Shown piece after piece: positions 20,020 through 32,302 of a stretch of DNA of 64,000 bases. The stretch covers positions 90,761-154,760 of the forward strand of contig CAIVRE010000002.1 in NCBI GenBank assembly GCA_903908245.1. Reading direction: 5' to 3'. The DNA comes from Candidatus Omnitrophota bacterium (lineage in GTDB: Bacteria > Omnitrophota > Gorgyraeia > Zapsychrales > Fredricksoniimonadaceae). The notes under the pieces are model-generated. The model worked only from the letters and a program-made list of their open reading frames with translations. It had not been told where the DNA came from and did not search any database. How positions within the stretch are numbered: the stretch's first letter is position 1; each line of letters starts with the position of its first letter. Position numbers and translations under genes: made by a program.

Positions 20020-20717
20020 TCTACAATCTTCCCTGACCGCATGACAGCAATTTTATGCGCAATTCGGTGCGCGGCCTTGATGTTATGCGTGATAAAAATA
20101 TACGTCAGCCCCCGGTCCTTTTGCAGTGCCACCAGGCAATCAAGGACTTCTTTCTGGATGATAACATCAAGAGACGAGACCGCCTCATCAAGGACCAGCA
20201 GTTTCGGGCCGGTCATCAGCGCACGGCCAATGGCGATACGCTGACGCTCCCCGCCGCTGAATTCATGAGGATAACGCGACAGGATCTCGCCCGAAAGCCC
20301 GACAGCCGTCAATACCGACTTCATTTTAGACGAACAAGCCTCTGCCGAGCACTTCGGTTCAAGATGCAATGCCTCCTCAAGAATGGACCGGACCGTATAC
20401 CGCGGATCAAGACTGGCGAAAGGGTCCTGAAAGACCATCCGCGCCATCCGGCGAAAATAACGCTCGCGCTGCCGGTCTCCCCAAACAGGCTGCCCCTCAA
20501 AAAGCATTTCCCCCGCGTCCGGCCGCACCAGGCCCATGACGATCCGCGCGAGCGTGGTCTTGCCGCAACCCGACTCTCCGACGAGCGCGCAGCTTTCGCC
20601 GGCCGTGACCGACAGCGACACGCCATCGACGGCCCTCACCTGACCGCCAGCCCGATCGGCAAAAGTCTTTTGGATATTCTTTAACTCCAGCAACATCCTA
20701 CAGGCCCTCCGCTTCAA
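19998..20717 (-). CDS. peptide ABC transporter ATP-binding protein (OppF/DppF-like)
   Basis: Walker A GESGCGKTTLARIVMGL, signature LSGGERQRIAIGRAL, Walker B LLVLDEAVSSLD. Confidence 0.9.
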   Translation of the reverse strand: MKRRACRMLLELKNIQKTFADRAGGQVRAVDGVSLSVTAGESCALVGESGCGKTTLARIVMGLVRPDAGEMLFEGQPVWGDRQRERYFRRMARMVFQDPFASLDPRYTVRSILEEALHLEPKCSAEACSSKMKSVLTAVGLSGEILSRYPHEFSGGERQRIAIGRALMTGPKLLVLDEAVSSLDVIIQKEVLDCLVALQKDRGLTYIFITHNIKAAHRIAHKIAVMRSGKIVEWGTIGA

Positions 20718-21483
20718 GAAGTGTCCGGGTATACCCGCAACGGGGCGAACTCAACACCGCCTCTGCCTTGCCCTGCTCGGCCACTTCGCCTTTGCACAGG
20801 ACCACGACCTCATCGGCGACGCGGCGCACAACACCGAGATCATGCGTAACAAGAACAATGGCCAATCCCAGCGAACGGCGCAATTCTTTAAAAAGATCCA
20901 GGATCTTGTCCTGGGTATTGACATCCAGGCTACTGGTCGGCTCATCAGCAATAAGCAGCTTCGGGCGGCAGACAATGGCCTGGGCGATCATGGCGCGCTG
21001 GCGCAGGCCGCCGCTAAGCTCGAAAGGATACGCTGCGGCCACCCGCTGCGCGTCATTGATCCCGGCCGAACGCAAGGCCGCAAGCGTACGCTCACGCACG
21101 ATCGTCCCGGAAACATTCTCATGCGCCAAAACTGTTTCCCCGATCTGCGCGCCGATAGTCATGACCGGATTAAAAGCGCTCATCGGCTCCTGAAATGCCA
21201 TGCTCACGCCGGCCCCGCGCAGAGCGCGCATCTGCTGCCCTGAATGATCCGTGATATCCTGGCCGTCAAATACGATCCGTCCGTCTGTCCGTTCCATGAC
21301 ATCCGGCAAAAGCCCGAGAATAGCCAGTCCGATCGTCGTCTTGCCCGATCCCGACCCACCGACAATGCCCGTGATCGAACCCTGGGGAACATCAAACGAG
21401 ACATCGCGCAAGATCCGCGTATGGCCCAAACTTACCGACAAATGTTGTATGCAAAGGATATCCGTCATGAAATTAATTACCAA
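20698..21483 (-). CDS. peptide ABC transporter ATP-binding protein (OppD/DppD-like)
   Basis: Walker A GGSGSGKTTIGLAILGLL, signature LSGGLRQRAMIAQAI, Walker B LLIADEPTSSLD. Confidence 0.9.
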   Translation of the reverse strand: MVINFMTDILCIQHLSVSLGHTRILRDVSFDVPQGSITGIVGGSGSGKTTIGLAILGLLPDVMERTDGRIVFDGQDITDHSGQQMRALRGAGVSMAFQEPMSAFNPVMTIGAQIGETVLAHENVSGTIVRERTLAALRSAGINDAQRVAAAYPFELSGGLRQRAMIAQAIVCRPKLLIADEPTSSLDVNTQDKILDLFKELRRSLGLAIVLVTHDLGVVRRVADEVVVLCKGEVAEQGKAEAVLSSPRCGYTRTLLEAEGL

Positions 21484-21515
21484 TAAGGCAGCCCATTAAG
21501 TCAATCTCCGCGGCA

Positions 21516-22532
21516 CTAAACATTCGCCTCCCTCTTCAACATCGGATCAAGCGCGTCGCGCAGGGCGTCGCCGATCACGTTAAAACAAACAACACTGATA
21601 AAAATAAAGAACGCGGGCCACAGGATCCACGGTGCAAATTTAATACGCACGATGCTCATCGCGTCCGAAAGCATGTTCCCCCAGCTGGCATACGGATCCT
21701 GTATCCCCAAGCCGATCAGGCTAAGCGCCGACTCGCCCAGAATATAACCCGGGATCGACAGCATCACCGCCGCGATAGAATACGCCACCGTATGCGGCAG
21801 GATATGACGGATAATGATCTGGACATCGCTTAAGCCAAACGTTTTTGCCGCCAGCACATAATCACGCTCACGCAACGACAAGCACATCCCGCGCACCACC
21901 CGCGCCAACCCCGCCCAGCCGATCACCGAAAGGATAATGACGATCGCAAAATACACCTGCACCGAATTAAAATTGTCCGGCACCGCCGCGCGCAGGGCCA
22001 GCAAAAGGTAAAACCCCGGCGCCATCATCAGCACTTCGCACAGGCGCATCAAGACATTATCGATCCGCCCGCCGTAATATCCGGCGATCCCCCCCACCAG
22101 AAGCCCCAGCGCGAACGATATGAGCACGCCGATCAACCCAATGGTCAAAGATACCCGCGCGCCATAAATGATGCGGGAGAAAACATCACGCCCCCGGCTG
22201 TCTGCACCCAATAAATATAATCGCCCGGGTGCATCCACCAAGAACAACCTGGACGAAAAGAATTTAACAGGATACACCTTGGCACGATCCGTCACATAAA
22301 TGCGCTGGCGATACTCGTTAAAGGTCAATTTCATCCCGTAAACGAACGGAGACCGCAACCGGCCTTCATGAATGATATGGATAGCGGTCGGCGGGCAATA
22401 CGAAAGGCCGCGGGCTTCATCCTTAAAAGAATAAGGCGCAAGAAAATCGGCGAAAAGCGCGCAGGCATAAAGCGCGCCCAGTGCCCACAACGCAGCCACC
22501 GCCCATTTATTCCTTAAGAACGCGTCTTTCAT
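21516..22532 (-). CDS. peptide ABC transporter permease (OppC/DppC-like)
   Basis: 338 aa, 6 TM helices, with the binding-protein-dependent permease EAA-like region (ARAKGL-type region: YVLAAKTFGLSDVQIIIRHILP). Confidence 0.85.
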   Translation of the reverse strand: MKDAFLRNKWAVAALWALGALYACALFADFLAPYSFKDEARGLSYCPPTAIHIIHEGRLRSPFVYGMKLTFNEYRQRIYVTDRAKVYPVKFFSSRLFLVDAPGRLYLLGADSRGRDVFSRIIYGARVSLTIGLIGVLISFALGLLVGGIAGYYGGRIDNVLMRLCEVLMMAPGFYLLLALRAAVPDNFNSVQVYFAIVIILSVIGWAGLARVVRGMCLSLRERDYVLAAKTFGLSDVQIIIRHILPHTVAYSIAAVMLSIPGYILGESALSLIGLGIQDPYASWGNMLSDAMSIVRIKFAPWILWPAFFIFISVVCFNVIGDALRDALDPMLKREANV

Positions 22533-23539
22533 AAAGAAGCCTTCTCCTGCCTTATCCGCGGGTCCGCCTTGGCCAGCAGGATATCCGCGATCAGATTCCC
22601 GATGATGAACATCACCCCGCCCATCAGCATGCTCGCCATCACCAGGTAAATATCTTTGGAACGCACCGCCGTCAGCATCAGCGCGCCCAGCCCCGGCCAG
22701 CTGGTAATGATCTCCATGATCGCCGCGCCGCTGAGCAATCCCGCGAATTCATATCCCAAAAGAGTGATGAGCGGATTGAGCGCGTTGCGCAAGGCATGCA
22801 CATAAATGACCCTGTCCTCCGGCAACCCCTTCGCCCGGGCGGCCAGCACATACTGCTTGCCCAATTCTTCGAGCATATTCCCGCGCATGATGCGCTGTAA
22901 CGCCGCCACCGATCCCAGCGATAATGCCACGGTCGGTATCACCAGATGCGCGCCCAGGTCAAGCGCCTGGCGCCACCAGGGCATAAGCTCGAAACCAGGG
23001 CTGTGCATCCCGCCCAGCGGAAGCACTCCGGTCTGGCTCGCCCAAAATAACAGGATCATGGCCACGAAAAATCCGGGCAAAGACAAGAACACATACGCCA
23101 GGACCTGCGCCACCCTGTCCACCCAACGATTGCGATGCAGTGCCGCCCAGACGCCCAAAGGGATCGCCAGAAGCCAGGTCAGCAAAAACGCGCTGAGCGA
23201 CAGCACAAACGTGTTCCAGATGCGCCCGCCGATAATACTGGTCACCGGCACATTGTAATAAAAAGAATAGCCCATTTCCCCGCACAAAAGGTTCTTGAGC
23301 CAATAACCGTATTGCAGGAACGCGGGATCGTTCAAATGATAAAGCTTTTCATAATGCGCCAGTGTTTCCGACGATATCTGCGGGTCAAGCTTGAGCGTGT
23401 CCAAATAATTCCCCGGCGTCAGGCGCATGAGCATGAACGTCATGAAGCTCATGGCGAGAAGAAGAAAGACCGCGATGAATAAGCGTTTAAGGATGAACTT
23501 CAACATAGATCTCTTCAAGGTTATGAAAAACCCCGCCAT
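22529..23539 (-). CDS. peptide ABC transporter permease (OppB/DppB-like)
   Basis: 336 aa, 6 TM helices, with YVLAARAKGLPEDRVIYVHALRNALNP, the permease signature loop. Confidence 0.85.
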   Translation of the reverse strand: MAGFFITLKRSMLKFILKRLFIAVFLLLAMSFMTFMLMRLTPGNYLDTLKLDPQISSETLAHYEKLYHLNDPAFLQYGYWLKNLLCGEMGYSFYYNVPVTSIIGGRIWNTFVLSLSAFLLTWLLAIPLGVWAALHRNRWVDRVAQVLAYVFLSLPGFFVAMILLFWASQTGVLPLGGMHSPGFELMPWWRQALDLGAHLVIPTVALSLGSVAALQRIMRGNMLEELGKQYVLAARAKGLPEDRVIYVHALRNALNPLITLLGYEFAGLLSGAAIMEIITSWPGLGALMLTAVRSKDIYLVMASMLMGGVMFIIGNLIADILLAKADPRIRQEKASL

Positions 23540-25208
23540 AGACCGCGGGCTTTAAATTGCCGAATTTATTGCGTACGGCCGTCAAACGCGCGCTGAGCGC
23601 CGTATAAACCATGGGGACCTCATCCGCAACGATCGTCTGGTATTCATCGTAATACGCCTTGCGCTTTGTTTCATCAAGTTCCTGGGCGCCAGCGGCAAAT
23701 ATTTCATCAATGCGTTTTTCCCAGGCCGTTGCCGGAACCGTCTGCTTCGGGTTCCACATGTGCAGCTGCCCCGACGACAGCCAGACATTCTGCCCGAAAT
23801 GCGGGTCAACAGACCCGGTCAACCCGAGCACGACCGCATCCCACTCGAACGTCGACGTCAGCTTCCCTACCAGCGTATTGAACTCGACAAGCTGGAAATT
23901 CACCTTCATGCCGACACTCTCAAGGTCATTACGGATAATGGACGCAATATCCACCCGCTCGGTATTATCCGCGTTGGTCAGCAGGGTGAACTCCAACGGC
24001 CGCCCGTCCTTGTCTTCCAGTACCCCGTCATTATTAATGTCCTTGAACCCCGCCGCGCGCAATAACTCGCGCGCCTTGTTAAGGTCATAATCGTATTTGC
24101 GCACATCTTTACAATAAAAGAAACCGGAGCCGGGGCTTTCGGGAGAATACTGGGGATAGCCCAGGCCATTCTTGACGATCTCAATGATCCGCGCCTTGTC
24201 CACCGCGTGCGCCACAGCCCGGCGGAAATCACGGCTGGAAAACCACGCCAGCTTATGCGGCGCGACATAAGGCTTGCCCGTTTTCATGTTCCTGCCGGGA
24301 TTCTGGTTGAAGACCACAAAACTCGCGCCCATATCGGGGCCAAGGTCGTAGATCTTAAAATGCCGTTCACTCTCCAACGGTTTTAATAACGGATAGTCCA
24401 TCCCGCGCACGCCATACGCATCGATCGAGCCTTCCATGAATTTCAAGAGTTCCACATCCATGCTCGGCACGATCACATACCGCACCCGGTCCAGATACGG
24501 CAGGGCATCGCCATTATCGGACTTCTTCCAATAAAACGGGTTGCGCTTGAGTACCACGGCCTGTCCGGGCTGATACGCCTCAAGGATGAACGCCCCGCTG
24601 CCGACGATCGACTTCGGGCTGTCAATACCCCAGGTGAACGCGAAACGCCCTTCCTTAACCGCTTTTTCCAGGACATGTTTGGGCAGGATCTCCTGCCCCA
24701 TCCCGCGCAGGAACGGCGCGAACTTGCAGGGAAGAATAAAACGAACGGTTTGCGCGTCAACCTTCTCGACCTTGAGCGGATGGCCTTCTATTGTAAAAAT
24801 ATCCCGCGCGGAATTCGGCACCGCATCGTTGAAAATAAGGTCATTAAACGTGAACACCACATCATCCGCCGTCAGTGCAATGCCATCCGACCAGCGAAGG
24901 CCGCCGCGCAGGACAAAAGTCCAGGTTAGCCCATCCGGGCTGACATCCCAACGCTGCGCCAGGTTTGGCTTCACCTTCATGTCAAACGCGTCAACCGTGG
25001 TCAGGCCTTCGAACAGGCGGCTGGTGATCTCGGTCGTGGATGTTTCTTTCGCGAGGACAGGATTAAAGGATTTCGGGTCGGAGGTGATGGCCAGCACAAG
25101 TTCACCGCCGTAACGCGCCTGGCCGCCAGCCAGCACCACCCCCGTAAAAACAAAAAAACACAGCAGGATAAGTGCTGTGTTCTTTGTGATATTAAAAAAG
25201 AATGTCAT
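23487..25208 (-). CDS. ABC transporter substrate-binding protein, family 5 (peptide/nickel)
   Basis: 573 aa. N-terminal signal peptide (MTFFFNITKNTALILLCFFVFTGVVLAGG), a size and architecture typical of SBP family 5, and first gene of the opp/dpp operon. Confidence 0.85.
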   Translation of the reverse strand: MTFFFNITKNTALILLCFFVFTGVVLAGGQARYGGELVLAITSDPKSFNPVLAKETSTTEITSRLFEGLTTVDAFDMKVKPNLAQRWDVSPDGLTWTFVLRGGLRWSDGIALTADDVVFTFNDLIFNDAVPNSARDIFTIEGHPLKVEKVDAQTVRFILPCKFAPFLRGMGQEILPKHVLEKAVKEGRFAFTWGIDSPKSIVGSGAFILEAYQPGQAVVLKRNPFYWKKSDNGDALPYLDRVRYVIVPSMDVELLKFMEGSIDAYGVRGMDYPLLKPLESERHFKIYDLGPDMGASFVVFNQNPGRNMKTGKPYVAPHKLAWFSSRDFRRAVAHAVDKARIIEIVKNGLGYPQYSPESPGSGFFYCKDVRKYDYDLNKARELLRAAGFKDINNDGVLEDKDGRPLEFTLLTNADNTERVDIASIIRNDLESVGMKVNFQLVEFNTLVGKLTSTFEWDAVVLGLTGSVDPHFGQNVWLSSGQLHMWNPKQTVPATAWEKRIDEIFAAGAQELDETKRKAYYDEYQTIVADEVPMVYTALSARLTAVRNKFGNLKPAVYGGVFHNLEEIYVEVHP

Positions 25209-25573
25209 TATTTTGCCGTATTCACAGGAACTGCCGGCGACTGCGCGTTAAGGGTGATCGTCTGCGATGGCGCCTGGTCGAACAGCTTTTCCACGTCAAC
25301 CGTCTTCGTTTTGGCCGCGTGCGCGGGGACCCGCCTCATCAGGGACGTCCCCTGCCGGGCTGTCAATACCGCCAGGCTCAAACACGTGAAAAGAAAAACA
25401 CACGCGATCCCCGTCGTTACTCTCACCATGACAACACTGGTCTGCGCGCCCAGAAGGCTCTCGGCCGAACTGAAACTTTCCGCCAACCCGCCGCCTTTAC
25501 CCGACTGCATCAGGATGGTCGCGACAAGCAGGATACATGTAATAATATGAACAACCGTTAAAAATGTGATCAC
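25208..25573 (-). CDS. secG: preprotein translocase subunit SecG
   Basis: ILMQSGKGGGLAESF matches the SecG LLQSGKGxGL motif. Two TM helices, downstream of tpiA as is common. Confidence 0.85.
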   Translation of the reverse strand: MITFLTVVHIITCILLVATILMQSGKGGGLAESFSSAESLLGAQTSVVMVRVTTGIACVFLFTCLSLAVLTARQGTSLMRRVPAHAAKTKTVDVEKLFDQAPSQTITLNAQSPAVPVNTAK

Positions 25574-25586
25574 ATCGAACCCCCGT

Positions 25587-26345
25587 TTAATTCATCGAAT
25601 TTCTGACAAGCGCGGCAAAAGAATCCGCCTTGAGGCTGGCTCCGCCAACCAGCGCGCCGTCAATATCCGGCTCAACAACGAGCTCGGCGATATTCTCCGG
25701 CTTCACACTGCCGCCGTACTGGATACGCGTGGCATCCGCCGTGGCCTTGTCGAACATCTTAAGCAATATTTCGCGAATGAACTTGTGTACTTCCTGCGCC
25801 TGGGTCGCGGTCGCGGTCTTGCCCGTACCGATCGCCCACACCGGCTCGTAAGCCAGCACCACTTTAAGCATATCTTCCTTGGTAAAACCCGCAAGCGAAC
25901 CGGTCACATGATCGCGGATAACATCGAACGTCCGGCCGCTCTCGCGCTCGGCAAGATTCTCACCCACACACACGATCGGTTTCAACCCGTTCTTCAGCGC
26001 CGCCCTGGTGCGTTTATTAACGGTCTCATTCGTCTCGCCAAAAAACTGCCGGCGCTCGGAATGGCCGACGATCACATACTTCACGCCCACAGACGCCAGC
26101 ATCGGGCCAGAAACCTCGCCGGTGAACGCCCCGGAATCCTCCCAGTAAACATTCTGCGCGCCGACAGCGATCGCGCTGGCCCGGCAATTCTCGACCGTTG
26201 CCCCCAAATGGACGAAAGGCGGGCATACCACCACATCCACCGCGGTAACGCCGCCGATGTCTTTCTTGAGAGCGGCCACCAGTTCCGCCGCCTCGGATGC
26301 TGTCTTGTACATCTTCCAGTTACCTGCAATAATTTTCTTGCGCAT
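25587..26345 (-). CDS. tpiA: triosephosphate isomerase
   Basis: MRKKIIAGNWKMYKT...IVGHSERR...AYEPVWAIGTGKTAT matches the catalytic Lys/His/Glu motifs. Confidence 0.95.
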   Translation of the reverse strand: MRKKIIAGNWKMYKTASEAAELVAALKKDIGGVTAVDVVVCPPFVHLGATVENCRASAIAVGAQNVYWEDSGAFTGEVSGPMLASVGVKYVIVGHSERRQFFGETNETVNKRTRAALKNGLKPIVCVGENLAERESGRTFDVIRDHVTGSLAGFTKEDMLKVVLAYEPVWAIGTGKTATATQAQEVHKFIREILLKMFDKATADATRIQYGGSVKPENIAELVVEPDIDGALVGGASLKADSFAALVRNSMN

Positions 26346-26357
26346 AGTGGATATCCC

Positions 26358-27581
26358 TTAATTACACGAACAACTGCAGCCGCAACCGCCCGTGGATTTC
26401 TTGTCGTTAAGCGCCGTGATCCCGGGAAGCTCTTTGCCTTCCAGATATTCAAGGGAAGCCCCGCCGCCTGTTGAAATATGCGTCATTTTGTTGTCCAGCC
26501 CGAACTTGAGCACCGCCGCCGCGCTGTCACCGCCGCCGATAATGGTCTTGACGCCCTTGTCTTTCAGGGACGCCAAATGGAACGCGATCTCCCGGGTGCC
26601 ATTGGCGAACGCATCGCGCTCGAACACGCCCAGCGGGCCGTTCCACACAACGGTCTTCGCACCATCAAGCACCTTCTTGAACTTGGCACGGGTCTTGGGG
26701 CCGATATCCAGCGACTCGAAACCATCGGGGATAACATCCGATATCTTGCCATCATTGGAATCAAAGTTCGGGACGATCACAAAATCCTCGGTCAACTCAA
26801 CGCGAACGCCCGCGGCCTTGGCCTTCTCTAAAAGAGTCCTGGCCAGGTCGATCTTGTCTTTTTCCAGCTTGGAATTCCCGATATTGATACCCTGCGCTTT
26901 CAGGAACGTATATGCCATGCCGCCACCGATGATGATCGTGTCGGCTTTCTTAAGCAGGTTCTCGATGAGCATGATCTTGTCGGACACTTTCGCGCCGCCC
27001 AGGATGACCACCAGGGGACGCTCGGGGTTATTGACCGCGAGGCCGAGATACTGCAGTTCTTTTTCGATCAGAAAACCGCTCACCGCCGGAAGGTACGCGG
27101 CGATACCGGCGGTCGAGGCATGCGCGCGGTGCGCGGTGCCGAACGCGTCATTGACATAAATATCCGCCAGCGACGCGAGCTCTTTGGCAAAAGCGGGGTC
27201 GTTCTTTTCTTCTTCCTTGTGAAAACGAAGGTTCTCAAGAAGCGCCACTTTCTCCGCCGCCGAAGCGACGCCGCTTTTGACGTCCGCGCCCACACAGTCA
27301 GACATCAACTTGACCGGATACCCCAGAAGCTCCGCCAGGCGCTTTGCCGCCGGGGCAAGAGAGAATTCTTTTTCGAAACCAACGCCCTTTGGACGGCCCA
27401 GATGGCTCATCAGGATCACTTTCGCCGCGCCATTATCAACAACGTATTTAATGGTCGGTATGGCGGCACGGATACGGATATCATCCGTGATCTTGTCCCC
27501 CTCCAGCGGGACATTGAAATCCACGCGGATAATGACCTTTTTTCCTTTTAAACTCACATCCCGTACTGTCTGCTTATTCAT
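26358..27581 (-). CDS. pgk: phosphoglycerate kinase with an unusual Cys-rich C-terminal tail
   Basis: [17 protein letters not shown] and the rest of the Pgk fold. The C-terminus extends past the usual end as ...[18 protein letters not shown]. Confidence 0.93.
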   Translation of the reverse strand: MNKQTVRDVSLKGKKVIIRVDFNVPLEGDKITDDIRIRAAIPTIKYVVDNGAAKVILMSHLGRPKGVGFEKEFSLAPAAKRLAELLGYPVKLMSDCVGADVKSGVASAAEKVALLENLRFHKEEEKNDPAFAKELASLADIYVNDAFGTAHRAHASTAGIAAYLPAVSGFLIEKELQYLGLAVNNPERPLVVILGGAKVSDKIMLIENLLKKADTIIIGGGMAYTFLKAQGINIGNSKLEKDKIDLARTLLEKAKAAGVRVELTEDFVIVPNFDSNDGKISDVIPDGFESLDIGPKTRAKFKKVLDGAKTVVWNGPLGVFERDAFANGTREIAFHLASLKDKGVKTIIGGGDSAAAVLKFGLDNKMTHISTGGGASLEYLEGKELPGITALNDKKSTGGCGCSCSCN

Positions 27582-27653
27582 AACGCCTCCGAATGATCAA
27601 ATAAGAAAGAAAATGAACCCCTATTATATTTAGTGAAGCCCTTTTGTCAAACC

Positions 27654-29135
27654 TCAAATCATTCGCCGGAAAAGGACCCAATGTTCACTGACGAACATGG
27701 GCGTCCACATTATTCCAAGGCGGGAAAGATCCTGGTCCCCCCAGTTCCGTCCCCATAAGTAATAACGGGTCTTCGCGTCCCCGAGGATCGCCCCGACCGT
27801 AGGCGTAAAAATAAAATCCTTGTACCCTTTGCCGTAAAGGGCATTCACCTGGCTGACGATCGCGTTGCACGGTTCGATCGCATTGCCCCGGACGACCGCG
27901 CCCGACTCAAGTTCATGTTCAAAAAGGGCATTGGTCGCCATCCACTTCATCAGGTTCGCCGTATCATATTGATAGGTGGAATGGAATTTCAGGACCGTAG
28001 CGCTGACGACCAGGACAAAAACAAACGACCCTGCGGCGAGCACGGCGAACGAAGGCAGGGGTAACGCCTCCACCCTTTCCGCCAGTAAAACAGCGAGCAC
28101 AAACGCAAAGAAAAAACCAAACGGAAGGACATAATACCCCCAGACAGCCCAGGGAAGAAGGACCAGCAGATATCCCGCGTAAGCCAGGGCTCCCGTTAAA
28201 AATACCCACAGCCTCGCGCGGGTCCACGGGCGGGAAACAGCTCCTTTCTGAAACACCATCAGGACAACAGCCAACAGGATCCAGGGCGCGTGATACAACA
28301 GGTCTTTTTGCGCCCACAACAACACATTCTGTCCAATAGCGCTGAAATTCGTGACCACATAGACCGAAGTATACTCGCTCCTGCTAAAGAAATTATTCAG
28401 GAACACTGCATAGGCCGCGGCAACCAAAAGGCAGGCGACCCCGAACACCAGGACCCCTTTCTTTCGGTCGAGAAGAGACACAATGATCGAACTTGCCCCC
28501 ACAGCCCCCATAGTCGCAAGAAATGGTTCTTTGGAACCGACGGTTAACAACAGGAAAAAGATCCCTGCCGCCATTGCCCCCCAACGGATCGTCCCGCCAT
28601 TGTCCAGCCTCTGCTCAAACGCATTCAGAAAAAACAAAAGAGCAAACCCGAAGAACAGGACACCGAGGATCTCGTGCGTGGAAAGGTAAAAGAAAGCATC
28701 GTAAATCTGGCAAAAAGACAATACCGCAAAAACAAAAAGCGGCGCAGCAAAATGACTGCGCGTAACCCGGAAAGCCAGAAAGGCCCATACCCCCAATGCC
28801 AGGACACACTCGGCCCAACGGAAAATATAGAATGCGGCCGGACTGCTGGCAAAGACCTTATAAAAGACCGCAGAATGCAATGCCAGAGTGGGGCGGATAT
28901 ACCCGGAGGCCATCCAGGCCTGGCAAAACCCTGTAAACCTTTCCCACCAATTGCCGGGCTGTTTAAGCATGCCGAAATCGTCCATCAAACCCCAGGACCA
29001 TCCGCCTAAGACAAAAGAGACCAGGATCACGGCCAAAGGCACGAACGCCAGGATCAGCCACCCATGCGCCGACGACATATTGCACTTTCCGGAATTATTT
29101 TGATCCATCGCACCCTCCCAGGGATTGCTTGCCAA
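27654..29135 (-). CDS. polytopic membrane protein (possible GT-C-like glycosyltransferase or polymerase), unknown family
   Basis: 493 aa with at least 10 hydrophobic helices. It is the first gene of the glycan locus and overlaps the next gene by about 40 bp. Confidence 0.5.
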   Translation of the reverse strand: MASNPWEGAMDQNNSGKCNMSSAHGWLILAFVPLAVILVSFVLGGWSWGLMDDFGMLKQPGNWWERFTGFCQAWMASGYIRPTLALHSAVFYKVFASSPAAFYIFRWAECVLALGVWAFLAFRVTRSHFAAPLFVFAVLSFCQIYDAFFYLSTHEILGVLFFGFALLFFLNAFEQRLDNGGTIRWGAMAAGIFFLLLTVGSKEPFLATMGAVGASSIIVSLLDRKKGVLVFGVACLLVAAAYAVFLNNFFSRSEYTSVYVVTNFSAIGQNVLLWAQKDLLYHAPWILLAVVLMVFQKGAVSRPWTRARLWVFLTGALAYAGYLLVLLPWAVWGYYVLPFGFFFAFVLAVLLAERVEALPLPSFAVLAAGSFVFVLVVSATVLKFHSTYQYDTANLMKWMATNALFEHELESGAVVRGNAIEPCNAIVSQVNALYGKGYKDFIFTPTVGAILGDAKTRYYLWGRNWGDQDLSRLGIMWTPMFVSEHWVLFRRMI

Positions 29136-30347
29136 ACGCCGCCATAGCTCCGGTCAAAACCCAGAATATGGCGGTCAATTGAGACGAATAAAGCGTCGTA
29201 TCCAGGCCGCTGTGCACCAAAAACCCGCACCAGCCGGCAAAAAAAGCGGCCAGCAGCCAGCGCTCCGGCGCTTGCGGCAAGCGCCGGATCAAAAACGACA
29301 CCTGAACAATGATCGCGGTCAGGAACCACAAGAATAAAGCCAACCCGACCAGCCCGAGCTCCGCCCCCATTTGCAAATAACAATTATGGGGATAGATCGC
29401 CCACATGGTCACATATTTCTTGATCACCATTGTGTATGTATTAAGCCCTGTTCCAAGGACAGGGTTGTCTTTAATGATATTGATCGCGTCATGCCAGAAC
29501 GTGAGCCTCCCGTTCCCGTTAAACGACAGGATCTTCTCCTGTTCCATCACCGCGTCCGAAACAAGGGACACATCGCGGACCTTGAGGAGCAACGGCTGAA
29601 AAACCACAATGAACAGGGCCATGAACGCCAAGACCACCGGCCAAAAACGGCGGTTAAAAAGAATAAAAACAACCACCGCGACCACCATTCCCAGCCAGGC
29701 GCCCCTGGAATAGGTCAGGCCCAGCGCCGCTGAGGCTATCCCCACAAAAAAGATCCCTCCAAAGGCCAGCAAAGCGTTCTTGAGCGTATATTCGATCAAC
29801 GAACGGGCGCCGGCCATGATCATGAGCATGATCGCGGGCAAAAGAACAAGGATCAAATACGCCCCAAAATCATTAGGATGCTTGAACGACGCCATCACAC
29901 GGCCGCTGTTGAACGTGGCGCGCACAAAAATATCATACCCCGAGAACGCCTGCCAGAGCCCGTCGAGAGAAATGATCCCCGCCGAGACCAGAAAAACACC
30001 TATCAAAATACCATAGCGTTTACGGGAAGAAAGCGTTTCATAACTTATAAAGAACAAGAACATGGCATAAAGAGATTTACCGATAAAACCCTTAAGGCTT
30101 AACAAAGGGAACTGGCTCCAAATGATGGAAAGGCCAGACCATCCGAAATATAATACTGCGGGAAGGAGCACCCACTTGACCGGGAGCTCCCTGAAAGCCG
30201 CCCACCCCAAGGAACCACGCTTAAAGAAAAAAACCAGGATAGCGACCGACGCGGCCACCTTGACAAAAGCATTCGTAGCCGGGAGAAAGAACATCATCAG
30301 ACAAAGCAGGACGAACAGGATACGGTCACACAACAGGGTCATTGTCA

Positions 30348-30348
<1 letters not shown>
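29095..30348 (-). CDS. O-antigen ligase / Wzy_C-family membrane protein
   Basis: 417 aa. Wzy_C hallmarks YSRGAWLGMVVAVVVF and PHNCYLQMGAELGLVGLALF. Confidence 0.75.
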
Positions 30349-32301
<1,953 letters not shown>

Positions 32302-32302
<1 letters not shown>

